Below are positions 33,884 to 41,900 of a stretch of 42,346 nt of DNA, piece by piece; position 1 is the first letter of the stretch, and each line of letters begins with the position of its first letter. Both the position numbers and the translations under genes were made by a program. The stretch is from an uncultured Candidatus Peribacteria bacterium. Lineage in GTDB: Bacteria; Patescibacteriota; Gracilibacteria; Peribacterales; Peribacteraceae. Where the stretch lies: NCBI GenBank assembly GCA_964632375.1, contig CAZWBO010000003.1, positions 3,678 through 46,023 on the forward strand, given 5' to 3'. The notes under the pieces are model-generated. The model searched no databases. It saw nothing but the letters and a program-made list of their open reading frames with translations, and was not told where the DNA came from.

Positions 33884-34028
33884 GAGGAGAGGATGAAGAT
33901 GATGCGGCAAGCCTACTCGCCAGGCAGTCGGAGCAACAGTCGCGCGTCTGGCAGCACAGCGCATCGTCCACAATTGTCTTTCGCAGAATCCTCACTACAA
34001 TGGGAGGAAATCGCCCCTCTCGCTTTCC

Positions 34029-37000
34029 ATGATGCTCCGATTGCCGCGCCGGTTCCTCAGACGACGTACGCTCTCGGTGCTCGCGTGCACGGGCATCCTC
34101 CTCCTTTCGGCGTGCGCGTCGTCGCGTCGCGCGGCGCTGCCGCTCCCGCCGATTCGCGAGATATTCGGCAGCATGCAGACGACGAGTCTGTTTCTCGCAC
34201 AGGTGGGCGGCGGAAATGAATCGCAGGATCTCGGTGTCCTCAATGGCAATGCGCTCGTGCGCATCAACACGCACACGCTCTTCACGGCTACCGACGGCAC
34301 GGGAGTATCCAGCAGCGTTGCCGATACGGTGCTTTCGACCGTCACCGGTGCCAGCGTGCTCGTGTACGAGTACACCGGCCAGGAGCAAGAACTCCTGCGA
34401 CAGGGGAAAACCGGTGCCGATGCGTTCACGGGGAAGTGGTACCTCTCGCCCGCGCTCCTGGCGCAGCGGCCGCAGCTGAACGGTCTGCCGGTACTGACGG
34501 CCTTCAACGCCGGCAAGACCTACGACGTGCGATCCGATATCCCGCTCGTGCTCACGGCGATCTACAGCGCTTCGGCCTCGCCCGCGTTCCGTGCGCAAAT
34601 CGCGCCCATCTACCGCTGCGGGAACGGCCGTACCGAGCCGCAGCAGTTCATCAGCGAGCTGGGATTAAGCCACCTGACGGAAGGGTGCGACGACGGCAAC
34701 GATGTCGACACCGATACCTGCAGCAACCAGTGCCAGGTGCGCACGCCCGATGTCGGCGCATCGTGCGGCAACGGCGTGAAGGAAGGAACGGAACAGTGCG
34801 ATCACCGCAACGACCGCAGCCGCGGATGCACGGCCGAATGCCGTGCGACGGTCGGGTACATGTGTCAGGCAGACAACACGTGCGTGCGGTTGATCCCCGA
34901 TTTTGGTGGATCATCCAAGTCCTGGGTTATTGTACTTACTTACGAGAAAAATCCCCTATCGGATGATGCAGTGAGAACGATCTGTCAACACATAGCCCCC
35001 TCTGTTTCTGGGTTCTTCGAGAAACAGGCAAGTTTTTATGGCAAAAAAAAGCCATTTGATTCCGTTACCTGTATTCAGCAGCAACTGTTGCTTCCTCAAG
35101 AACTGATCGACGATAAAATTCCTTTCACTTGTGAAGGCCAGACTTTCCCATCATTGAACAGTCAAAAGGTCAGTGCATACCTCGAGAAGAACATCCCTGC
35201 TTTGCAACAGGCAGCGGTTGTCACTGTAGTGGATTTCATGGCTGAGCCTCGTCAGTTTTGTCATTTTGCAGCAGACCAAAAGCATCACTTCATCTTTATT
35301 GGACCAATTGAAGAGAATGCCTACTATCCTCCGATTGACCTCGACTCCATCGGTGAAACCATGGCTCACGAGTTGATGCACAACATCGGTGCGAGTGACA
35401 AATATGCTGCGATCGATCGAACAGCTCGGACATGCTGTGCCATTGATCCAATCACACGCGAGTCGGTTGAGGGTTCAGATATCATGTGCCACCTCGTGTA
35501 TACAAGCGAAATGGACGGAGCATGCATGAGTGTGCCCTTTGCCGATTTGAATGTCGGACCATGGTCTGCGCAGGAGATCGGTTGGTTAATACGAGAAAAG
35601 AAGGCCGACGTCGCGCGCCTCGTGGTGAACCAGCTGCCGCTGCCGAGCGATGCGCCGCTTGTGCGCGGGAAGGACGATCAGATCGTCTTCCGCTTCCAGA
35701 TGGCTTCGCCAGAGACGCTCTCGGTGGGCACGCTCTTCTTCCAGCAGGAAGCCGAGACGAAGCCCGAGATCGTCGATGTCTGGCCCATTCAGTCGCTGAA
35801 GCTAGAGTGCGGAACCACGGCATTCCAGCCGCTGCAAGTACAGTTCCGCAGCGACTGGGCCACGCTGAGCATCAGCGAATTCCGCCTGCCAGATAACTCG
35901 CCGTACTTCCTGCCGGCGAACACGCCTGTTACGTGCAATGTACGCGCGAAAATCAAAGACTACACCCAGACGAAGACCTTCAAGTTCCGCTTCGCGCACA
36001 AAGAGTACGGCTTGGATCGGAACTATGTCGCTGCCAATAATCCGACGGGCACCATACTCGAGAACATCCGTACCAACGGCGTGTGTGCCTCTGCGAGTTG
36101 CGATATCGCCGTTACGCTGCTTGAGCCGCCCGCGCTGCGCATCGCCGACTCGGCTGCGTCTTCCGCTGCGTCGTCCATCGGACCGAGCTCATCGGCCGCA
36201 CCCATCTCGGGCCCGTGGTCCACAAACGGCAACGTGTGGGCGATGAAGCAATTGGGCAACACGCTCTTCCTCGGCGGCAGCTTCACGGAAGTGGGCGGGC
36301 AGCCGCGCTACGGATTGGCGGCAGTGGACGCGACGACGGGCGAAGTGCTCCCGTGGAACCCCAATGCGAACTACGCGGGCGTAGCAGGCGAAGCCATCGT
36401 GCAGGCGATGGCATTGGAGGGGAACACGTTGTACGTCGGCGGCAGTTTCTCGTACGTCGGGCCGACGGTGCGCAACCGCATCGCCGCCATCGATGCGACG
36501 AGCGGCGTCGTGCTACCGTGGGGGGCCGCGCTCAATGCCAAAGTCGACAACACACCCTCCATCATCAGCTCGCTCGCTCTCGTGGGCGACACGCTGTACG
36601 GCGGCGGCAACAACTACCGCTGCGGGCTCGCGGCGTGGAATAAGACGACCGGCGAACTCGTTACCGCGTGGCACCCCTGCGTGAACCACTACGTCACGGC
36701 TTTGGCGCCCGTACCAGGCGGCAACTTGCTCGTGGCGGGGATGTTCGACATGGTCACCAACTCCGCAGGCACATCGCAGGCGCGGACCAATGTGGCGATC
36801 GTCAACGGCAGCACCGGTGAATTCCTCCCGTGGGCGCCCAAAGTGAATGGCACGGTGTACGCGGCGTTCGTCAACGGGACGAACGTGTTTTTGGGCGGGA
36901 ACTTCGCGCAGGTGGAGGGCAAACCGCGCCAAAACTTCGCCGTCCTCAACGCGACGAGCGGCGCGCTGTCCGACATCAAGGCCGATGCGAACGCGCCGGT

Positions 37001-37262
37001 GTGGGTCTTCCTGCTCGATGGGTTCAAGTTGTACGTCGGTGGCGGGTTCTCCTTCATCGGCGGCCAGGCGACCGACACGGGCCTCGCGGTGATGGATCCG
37101 TACGTCGGTGGTGTGCTCCCCTGGAACCGGCTCACGACGCAATCGCTCCCGCGGCAGCCGAAAGCGCTCGCGAGCGACGGGCAGTACCTCTACGCCGGCG
37201 GCGGGCTCATCGACATCTTCGGCCGGCCGTTCCTCAATCCCCTTGGGAAAGTTCGCAAATAA
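34029..37262 (+). CDS. giant lipoprotein: shared N-domain + Cys-rich repeats + metzincin-like HExxHxxGxxD domain + Ser-rich linker + beta-propeller (delta-60/DUF5122-like) repeats
   Basis: Lipobox ILLLSAC. YRCGNG...CDDGNDVDTDTCSNQC and CGNGVKEGTEQCD. MAHELMHNIGASD. Repeated GGSF..VGG..R..LAA.DA.TG..LPW blocks. Confidence 0.85.
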   Translation: MMLRLPRRFLRRRTLSVLACTGILLLSACASSRRAALPLPPIREIFGSMQTTSLFLAQVGGGNESQDLGVLNGNALVRINTHTLFTATDGTGVSSSVADTVLSTVTGASVLVYEYTGQEQELLRQGKTGADAFTGKWYLSPALLAQRPQLNGLPVLTAFNAGKTYDVRSDIPLVLTAIYSASASPAFRAQIAPIYRCGNGRTEPQQFISELGLSHLTEGCDDGNDVDTDTCSNQCQVRTPDVGASCGNGVKEGTEQCDHRNDRSRGCTAECRATVGYMCQADNTCVRLIPDFGGSSKSWVIVLTYEKNPLSDDAVRTICQHIAPSVSGFFEKQASFYGKKKPFDSVTCIQQQLLLPQELIDDKIPFTCEGQTFPSLNSQKVSAYLEKNIPALQQAAVVTVVDFMAEPRQFCHFAADQKHHFIFIGPIEENAYYPPIDLDSIGETMAHELMHNIGASDKYAAIDRTARTCCAIDPITRESVEGSDIMCHLVYTSEMDGACMSVPFADLNVGPWSAQEIGWLIREKKADVARLVVNQLPLPSDAPLVRGKDDQIVFRFQMASPETLSVGTLFFQQEAETKPEIVDVWPIQSLKLECGTTAFQPLQVQFRSDWATLSISEFRLPDNSPYFLPANTPVTCNVRAKIKDYTQTKTFKFRFAHKEYGLDRNYVAANNPTGTILENIRTNGVCASASCDIAVTLLEPPALRIADSAASSAASSIGPSSSAAPISGPWSTNGNVWAMKQLGNTLFLGGSFTEVGGQPRYGLAAVDATTGEVLPWNPNANYAGVAGEAIVQAMALEGNTLYVGGSFSYVGPTVRNRIAAIDATSGVVLPWGAALNAKVDNTPSIISSLALVGDTLYGGGNNYRCGLAAWNKTTGELVTAWHPCVNHYVTALAPVPGGNLLVAGMFDMVTNSAGTSQARTNVAIVNGSTGEFLPWAPKVNGTVYAAFVNGTNVFLGGNFAQVEGKPRQNFAVLNATSGALSDIKADANAPVWVFLLDGFKLYVGGGFSFIGGQATDTGLAVMDPYVGGVLPWNRLTTQSLPRQPKALASDGQYLYAGGGLIDIFGRPFLNPLGKVRK

Positions 37263-37265
37263 TCC

Positions 37266-40151
37266 ATGAAGTTCCGCCGCGCACCGCCGGCTCTGTATCT
37301 CATCACCGTTCCGGTGATGCTCGCGCTCCTCTACGCCCGGCCGCTCCCGCTGCGCGGACTTTTGCGAGGGCGGGCAATGGACGGCGTGTACGCGCAGCTG
37401 ACACGGGCGGTGCAGCCCGGCAACTCTCTTGCCGGGCAACTCGCGGATCCGGGCGGCAACGAGATCGGCACGGTGACGGCGCCGGTTCTCTTGCAAGCGA
37501 ACGTCCATAATTTCTTCCAGACGCCGGCATACGAAGGTGCGGCCGATCTGCGGAGCGATCACCTCGTGGGTCCGGCACTCCCGCAGAGCCGCGCACAGAC
37601 GTGGGCGTACGAGTTCGTGGGCGACGAGGCGGATCGCCTCAAGCAGGGGATGACGGGCAGCGATGCGTTCCACGGCGCGTTCTACTTCTCGCCGGCCTTC
37701 ATTATCGCGCACCCGGGGCTCCGATCGTCTCTCGATCGCTTCACCATGGGGAAGCGGTACTACTGGTTCACCCGTCAGCCGCTCGTGCTCTCGCTGGGCG
37801 TGGATCAATCCGCTGCGCGGCCGCTGATCGGCGAGGCGGAAATTCTGTACCGCTGCGGCGACGGAGTGCTCGAGCGCACGCCGCAGTCGTTCCCCGCGCT
37901 CGGCATCCAGTCGCTCCCGGAAGAGTGCGACGGCGTGGCCGGTTGCAATCCCGCGTCGCCCTGCGACGAAGGCACCTGCGATCCCGCTGCCGCATGCCGA
38001 CCTCTTACCGGGTACGGCTGTGATGAAAACAATACCTGTACGACCGGCGCCTCTTCCGTGTCATCAGCAGTTACATCTTCTTACGCGGGCATCTCATCGC
38101 CACCTTCTTCCACTCTTCCCGGCACGTGTGTCACCAATAGCGAGTGCCTGTCTGGCCGATGTCTGGATGGCTGGTGCCAGCCTCCGTCGTCGGCAGTATC
38201 CTCCTCCTCCGTCACATTCGGCGACGGCGATCTCGCAATCCGTTCGGTGGATGTGCCGGCCCGCCAGTATCAGCCGGGCACCCTGGGCGAGCCTATCCTC
38301 AAGGTGCAGATGACGGCGGTGAACGAGGACGTGAATGTACAGGAACTGCGCTTCACACCGGTCGAGAGCTACGGCAATTCCGTGGAGTACCTCAGCGTGT
38401 TCCGCGATGGGATGGACCAGCCGGTGGGCCGCGCCGCGCGCGCGTACTGCGCCGCGCGTCCGGTGGACGCCAAAGACTACTTCAAGCTGCCGTTCTGCGT
38501 TCACTTCGCCGTCCCACTGTCGGTACTGCAAGGGCGCATTGTCACGCTCACCGTGCGCCCGCAGTTGCGTCAGCGAAATCAAGGCTTCCAACGCGGCGAA
38601 CGTTTACAATTCAGTTTGACGGACGAGCAGCCGACGTTCGAGGTGCGCGGCGGATCACTCGATGCGGTGGAGGCAGTTGGCGTCCAATCGCAGGCTCCGC
38701 TCAGCTTATACACGAACGCCGCGTCGGGCCGTATCATGATGGGTACCATCGAGCATGCGGGAGGATACATTCAGGGGCCCGAAGGGACGGCCGTGTTCGC
38801 GAAGATCGTCTCGATCTCCGGCGCGGTGGAGCCGATGCCCAGCTGGACGTACGCGAGTACCGCCATCGGGCTGCGGCCGATCGCACGGTTCACCATTCGG
38901 CCCGATAACCCTGTCACGCTCCGCAACGTGCTCTTCACCGTGCACGCCAACAATATGCGACTCTCGCCGAGCGCCTTCAAGATCGTCGACGATCGCTTCA
39001 TTTCCAACGGCACCATTCCGACCGGCGCCAGCCGCCAGCCGGTGGAGTTCCCGTGTCAGGCGCAGACGATGGCGGGAGATCCGGTGCGCGAGAGCGAGAT
39101 TTCCGGCGTCTTCCTCGTCTCGTGCCGCGTGGGTATGAACTTCTTCGCCGATCCGAGCGTCGTGGGCGATCTTAAGCTTCTCGGCGACATACTCGACGAG
39201 CGAACGGTGCAGGGCGCGCCGTCGTCCATCGATGTTCTCTGGAAGAACCTCTCCGAGAACCTGCCGCTCGGCGCTTTCGGCAGCCATATATCGTGGAACA
39301 CGACGGACGATGCCTGGCCCATGATGTGGATCGATCAGCCGGTGATCGCCATTCGATCCATACTGGTCGAGAACCCCGTGCGCACTGCCGGCGGCGGTTC
39401 CGCCGACGACACAGCCGTGTGCGCCGACGTGCAGCCGCCGATGGGCATCATCTATCCGGGCGGTGGCGGCACTGCCGGCGTCACGTTCCGCAACGCCGGC
39501 AACCGCACGTGGAAGACAAGCGACGGTTACCGTCTGTCGCAGATCACGCCGCCGGGGTCGAACCTGCCCATGCAGTCGAACCCGCTGCCGCTGCCGAACG
39601 ACGTGCCGCCGGGGCAGAACGCGCGTTTCATAGTGAGCTTCACCGCGCCGAATATCCAAGGCCAGCAGACGTATCAGATCGTGACGCAGATGACGCGCAA
39701 CGGCGTCGCCGTGCCGAGCGACACGTGCCGCGTGCCCATTACCGTCGGCGTGCCCATTCCCGATCCGACGAATGACATGGCCATGTGCGCCGGTGTCACG
39801 TTCAAGTACAAGAGCACGCTCGGCGTGTGGATCACATCCGATTCCATTCCGTCCAATTCTCTCAATTTTGTGATCATGTCGGTGAACATGAAGAACGCGG
39901 GCGATACCACTTGGAAGCCGGAGGGCGGGTACAGTTTGGGCGTGACGGGCGTCGATCCGTCGCCGAGTATGACCGCCATCACGGCCCCGGTGGCGCCGAA
40001 CACCAATAAGATCTTCGAGGGACAAGTATTGGTGCCGACGCAGGTCGGCCCGCACCCGGTGACGGTGCGGATGCGCCGCAGCCCCACTATGCAGAATCCG
40101 AATGGATCCTTCGGCGATACGTGTTCGAAGACGCTCACCATCACCAAGTGA
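37266..40151 (+). CDS. giant secreted protein: shared N-domain + degenerate Cys-rich module + Ser-rich linkers + two C-terminal NBR1-like Ig-type domains
   Basis: N-terminal hydrophobic anchor. AYEFVGDEADRLKQGMTGSDAFHGAFYFSPAFI parallels VYEYTGQEQELLRQGKTGADAFTGKWYLSPALL of the upstream gene. The C-terminus carries FRNAGNRTWKTSDGYRLS...PGQNARFIVSFTAP and MKNAGDTTWKPEGGYSLG... Confidence 0.85.
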   Translation: MKFRRAPPALYLITVPVMLALLYARPLPLRGLLRGRAMDGVYAQLTRAVQPGNSLAGQLADPGGNEIGTVTAPVLLQANVHNFFQTPAYEGAADLRSDHLVGPALPQSRAQTWAYEFVGDEADRLKQGMTGSDAFHGAFYFSPAFIIAHPGLRSSLDRFTMGKRYYWFTRQPLVLSLGVDQSAARPLIGEAEILYRCGDGVLERTPQSFPALGIQSLPEECDGVAGCNPASPCDEGTCDPAAACRPLTGYGCDENNTCTTGASSVSSAVTSSYAGISSPPSSTLPGTCVTNSECLSGRCLDGWCQPPSSAVSSSSVTFGDGDLAIRSVDVPARQYQPGTLGEPILKVQMTAVNEDVNVQELRFTPVESYGNSVEYLSVFRDGMDQPVGRAARAYCAARPVDAKDYFKLPFCVHFAVPLSVLQGRIVTLTVRPQLRQRNQGFQRGERLQFSLTDEQPTFEVRGGSLDAVEAVGVQSQAPLSLYTNAASGRIMMGTIEHAGGYIQGPEGTAVFAKIVSISGAVEPMPSWTYASTAIGLRPIARFTIRPDNPVTLRNVLFTVHANNMRLSPSAFKIVDDRFISNGTIPTGASRQPVEFPCQAQTMAGDPVRESEISGVFLVSCRVGMNFFADPSVVGDLKLLGDILDERTVQGAPSSIDVLWKNLSENLPLGAFGSHISWNTTDDAWPMMWIDQPVIAIRSILVENPVRTAGGGSADDTAVCADVQPPMGIIYPGGGGTAGVTFRNAGNRTWKTSDGYRLSQITPPGSNLPMQSNPLPLPNDVPPGQNARFIVSFTAPNIQGQQTYQIVTQMTRNGVAVPSDTCRVPITVGVPIPDPTNDMAMCAGVTFKYKSTLGVWITSDSIPSNSLNFVIMSVNMKNAGDTTWKPEGGYSLGVTGVDPSPSMTAITAPVAPNTNKIFEGQVLVPTQVGPHPVTVRMRRSPTMQNPNGSFGDTCSKTLTITK

Positions 40152-40154
40152 ACG

Positions 40155-41741
40155 TCAGTGCCGCTCGGGCGGGTTGATCGCTTGCACTCGTTCGAGTGCA
40201 TCGCGGATATCGGGGTTATGCGGATCGTCGATGAGCGCCGCGCGTATCTCGCGCAGTGCATCGTCGTGTTTCCCCTGTGCCGCGTAGGCGAGCCCCAAGT
40301 TCACGCGGGCGGGGCCGAAGCGGGGGTCGATGGCGAGCGTCTGACGGTACAGCGCAATTTCCGCGTCCGTCCGTCCCATTTGCCCTTCGGCCGCTCCCCA
40401 GTTGCTCAGAATCTGCACCATCAGATTCGGCGCGGCATCGAGGGTGGCGGCGCGGCGGTACTCCTCGATGGCCGCGGGCCACTCCCGTCTGCGCGCGAAG
40501 TAGATGCCCTTGCAGAACGGCGCGAGCGACGATCGCGGGTACAGCGACTCCACGTACGTGAAGTAGGTAAGCGTGTTCTGCCACAGGAGCGTCTGCCGGT
40601 ACGTCAGCACGCTGCAGAGTGCGACGAGCGACAGCACCGCGGCCGCGCCTATTTTCTTTTCTCGGATGGGCCAGCCTTTCGCGATGTGCGCCACTGCCGC
40701 CGCGATGGCGATGAAGATGCCGATGGACGGGAAGTACCCGTAGTGGTCCGTGCCGGCCGAGATCCCGCCGCCCTCCGCGAACTGCGGGAGCGTGGGCGCA
40801 ATGGCGAGCAGATAGAAGAGGATGCCGCAGAAGACCGTGCGGTCCCACCGGCGGCTGCGCCAGACGAGCGGGATCGATACGAGGATGAGAAGCAAAGGAA
40901 CGCCGTACGCGAGGGAATTGATCGTGAACGGTCCGTACAGCGGGTACTGCATGCTCAGGTGGTGCGGCACGAGGATCTTCCACGGGTACAGCAACAGTGA
41001 GCGCGGGATGACCAGGAGGAACATGAGCGGGCTTGTCTTGGCGAGCGTGTCCGTCTTTCCGCCCACGGCGATGAGCGCGAAGAGGATGCCGACGGCGAAG
41101 AAGGGAATTTTGTCGCGCCAGAAACTTTTCCGGAGAATCACGCGCTCTTCGTACCAGTCGAACAGCAGCAAGAGTGCGGGGAGCGGGAGGATTGTCACTT
41201 TACTGAGGAGGCCGCACGCGAAGAGAATCAGGCTCCAGAGGAACGCCGAGCGCGACCGCGTCTCGCGGGCGCGGAGGTACATGAGCATGCTGCCGAGCGC
41301 GAACATCGTCGAGAGCACGTCCTTGCGCGTGGCGATCCACGCGACGGTATCCACTTGTATCGGGTGCAGCGCGAAGAAGAGCCCGATGGCCAACGCCAGC
41401 CAGCGCCTGCGAAATAATCTCTCGCACAGAAACAGCACGAGTACGGCGTTCACGGCGTGGAGGAGAACGTTCGTCAGGTGGAAGATCATCGGATCGTTCC
41501 CGCCCAGCGCGTAGTTCAGTTGGTAGCTGAAGAGCGTGAACGGAATGTACAGCTCCGGATCGTACGAGGTGAAGATGGCTCTGAGCGTGTGCGGCGAGAT
41601 CGCGCGGATGAGCGGATTGTTGAACACGAGCAGTGGATCATCGATTTCGATGAAACCCGCATGGAGAACGGGGATATACAGCGCCATCACCAGCGCGAAG
41701 AGAATGACGGCGAAGGTCGTAGTATGTCGGGAGAGAGCCAT
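40155..41741 (-). CDS. GT-C-fold membrane glycosyltransferase-like protein with C-terminal TPRs (TMTC/PMT_2/DUF1736-like), paralogue 2
   Basis: From the internal ATG (complement of 41739-41741): MALSRHTTTFAVILFALV...FIEIDDPLLVFNNPLIRAISP...YDPELYIPFTLFSYQLNY...FHLTNVLLHAVNAVLV...FFALHPIQVDTVAWIATRKDVL. The 31 upstream track codons are encoded by the oligorepeat. Confidence 0.8.
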   Translation of the reverse strand: MALSRHTTTFAVILFALVMALYIPVLHAGFIEIDDPLLVFNNPLIRAISPHTLRAIFTSYDPELYIPFTLFSYQLNYALGGNDPMIFHLTNVLLHAVNAVLVLFLCERLFRRRWLALAIGLFFALHPIQVDTVAWIATRKDVLSTMFALGSMLMYLRARETRSRSAFLWSLILFACGLLSKVTILPLPALLLLFDWYEERVILRKSFWRDKIPFFAVGILFALIAVGGKTDTLAKTSPLMFLLVIPRSLLLYPWKILVPHHLSMQYPLYGPFTINSLAYGVPLLLILVSIPLVWRSRRWDRTVFCGILFYLLAIAPTLPQFAEGGGISAGTDHYGYFPSIGIFIAIAAAVAHIAKGWPIREKKIGAAAVLSLVALCSVLTYRQTLLWQNTLTYFTYVESLYPRSSLAPFCKGIYFARRREWPAAIEEYRRAATLDAAPNLMVQILSNWGAAEGQMGRTDAEIALYRQTLAIDPRFGPARVNLGLAYAAQGKHDDALREIRAALIDDPHNPDIRDALERVQAINPPERH

Positions 41742-41778
41742 GGGGGTAGTGTAGAGTGAGATGCGGTGAAGGAGGGAA

Positions 41779-41900
41779 GACTGCAAGAATGCAAGAATGC
41801 AAGATTGCAATAAGATTGCAATAAGCCAAAACAAAACCCAAGAGTTCTACCCTTTCGGATTTACTTTGCAATCTTGCATTCTTGCAGTCTTGAAATCTTC
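41779..41900. repeat. 8-nt tandem oligorepeats in inverted orientation forming a long hairpin (CTTG/CAAG family)
   Basis: Left arm gactgcaagaatgcaagaatgcaagattgcaataagattgcaataag (41779-41825). Right arm ctttgcaatcttgcattcttgcagtcttgaaatcttc (41864-41900). tgcaatcttgcattcttgcagtc is the reverse complement of gactgcaagaatgcaagattgca. Confidence 0.85.

Noticed and set aside
36513-40055. Long antisense ORFs (36513-37808 and 38706-40055). Similar ones lie at 21924-22913, 25226-26299, 29142-30413, 3293-4339 and 33585-34598.
   Set aside because: All overlap well-supported genes on the other strand and have the Arg/Gly/Pro/His-rich composition expected of out-of-phase reading of high-GC DNA.
34029-40151. 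Diversity-generating retroelement targeting the giant proteins.
   Set aside because: No reverse transcriptase gene is present, and I could find no template/variable repeat pair with adenine-specific mismatches in the window.
40149-40157. Convergent genes 37266-40151 and 40155-41741 separated by only 3 nt, which might indicate a mis-called end.
   Set aside because: Both C-termini look complete: the TPR array ends on one side and the Ig-like domain ends on the other. I noted it only as tight packing without room for a terminator.
41742-41834. N-terminal extension MFWLIAILLQSCILAFLQSSLLHRISLYTTP of the TMTC-like ORF.
   Set aside because: It is encoded by the tandem oligorepeat and so is low-complexity by construction. 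The paralogue at 28686 aligns from the internal Met onward.
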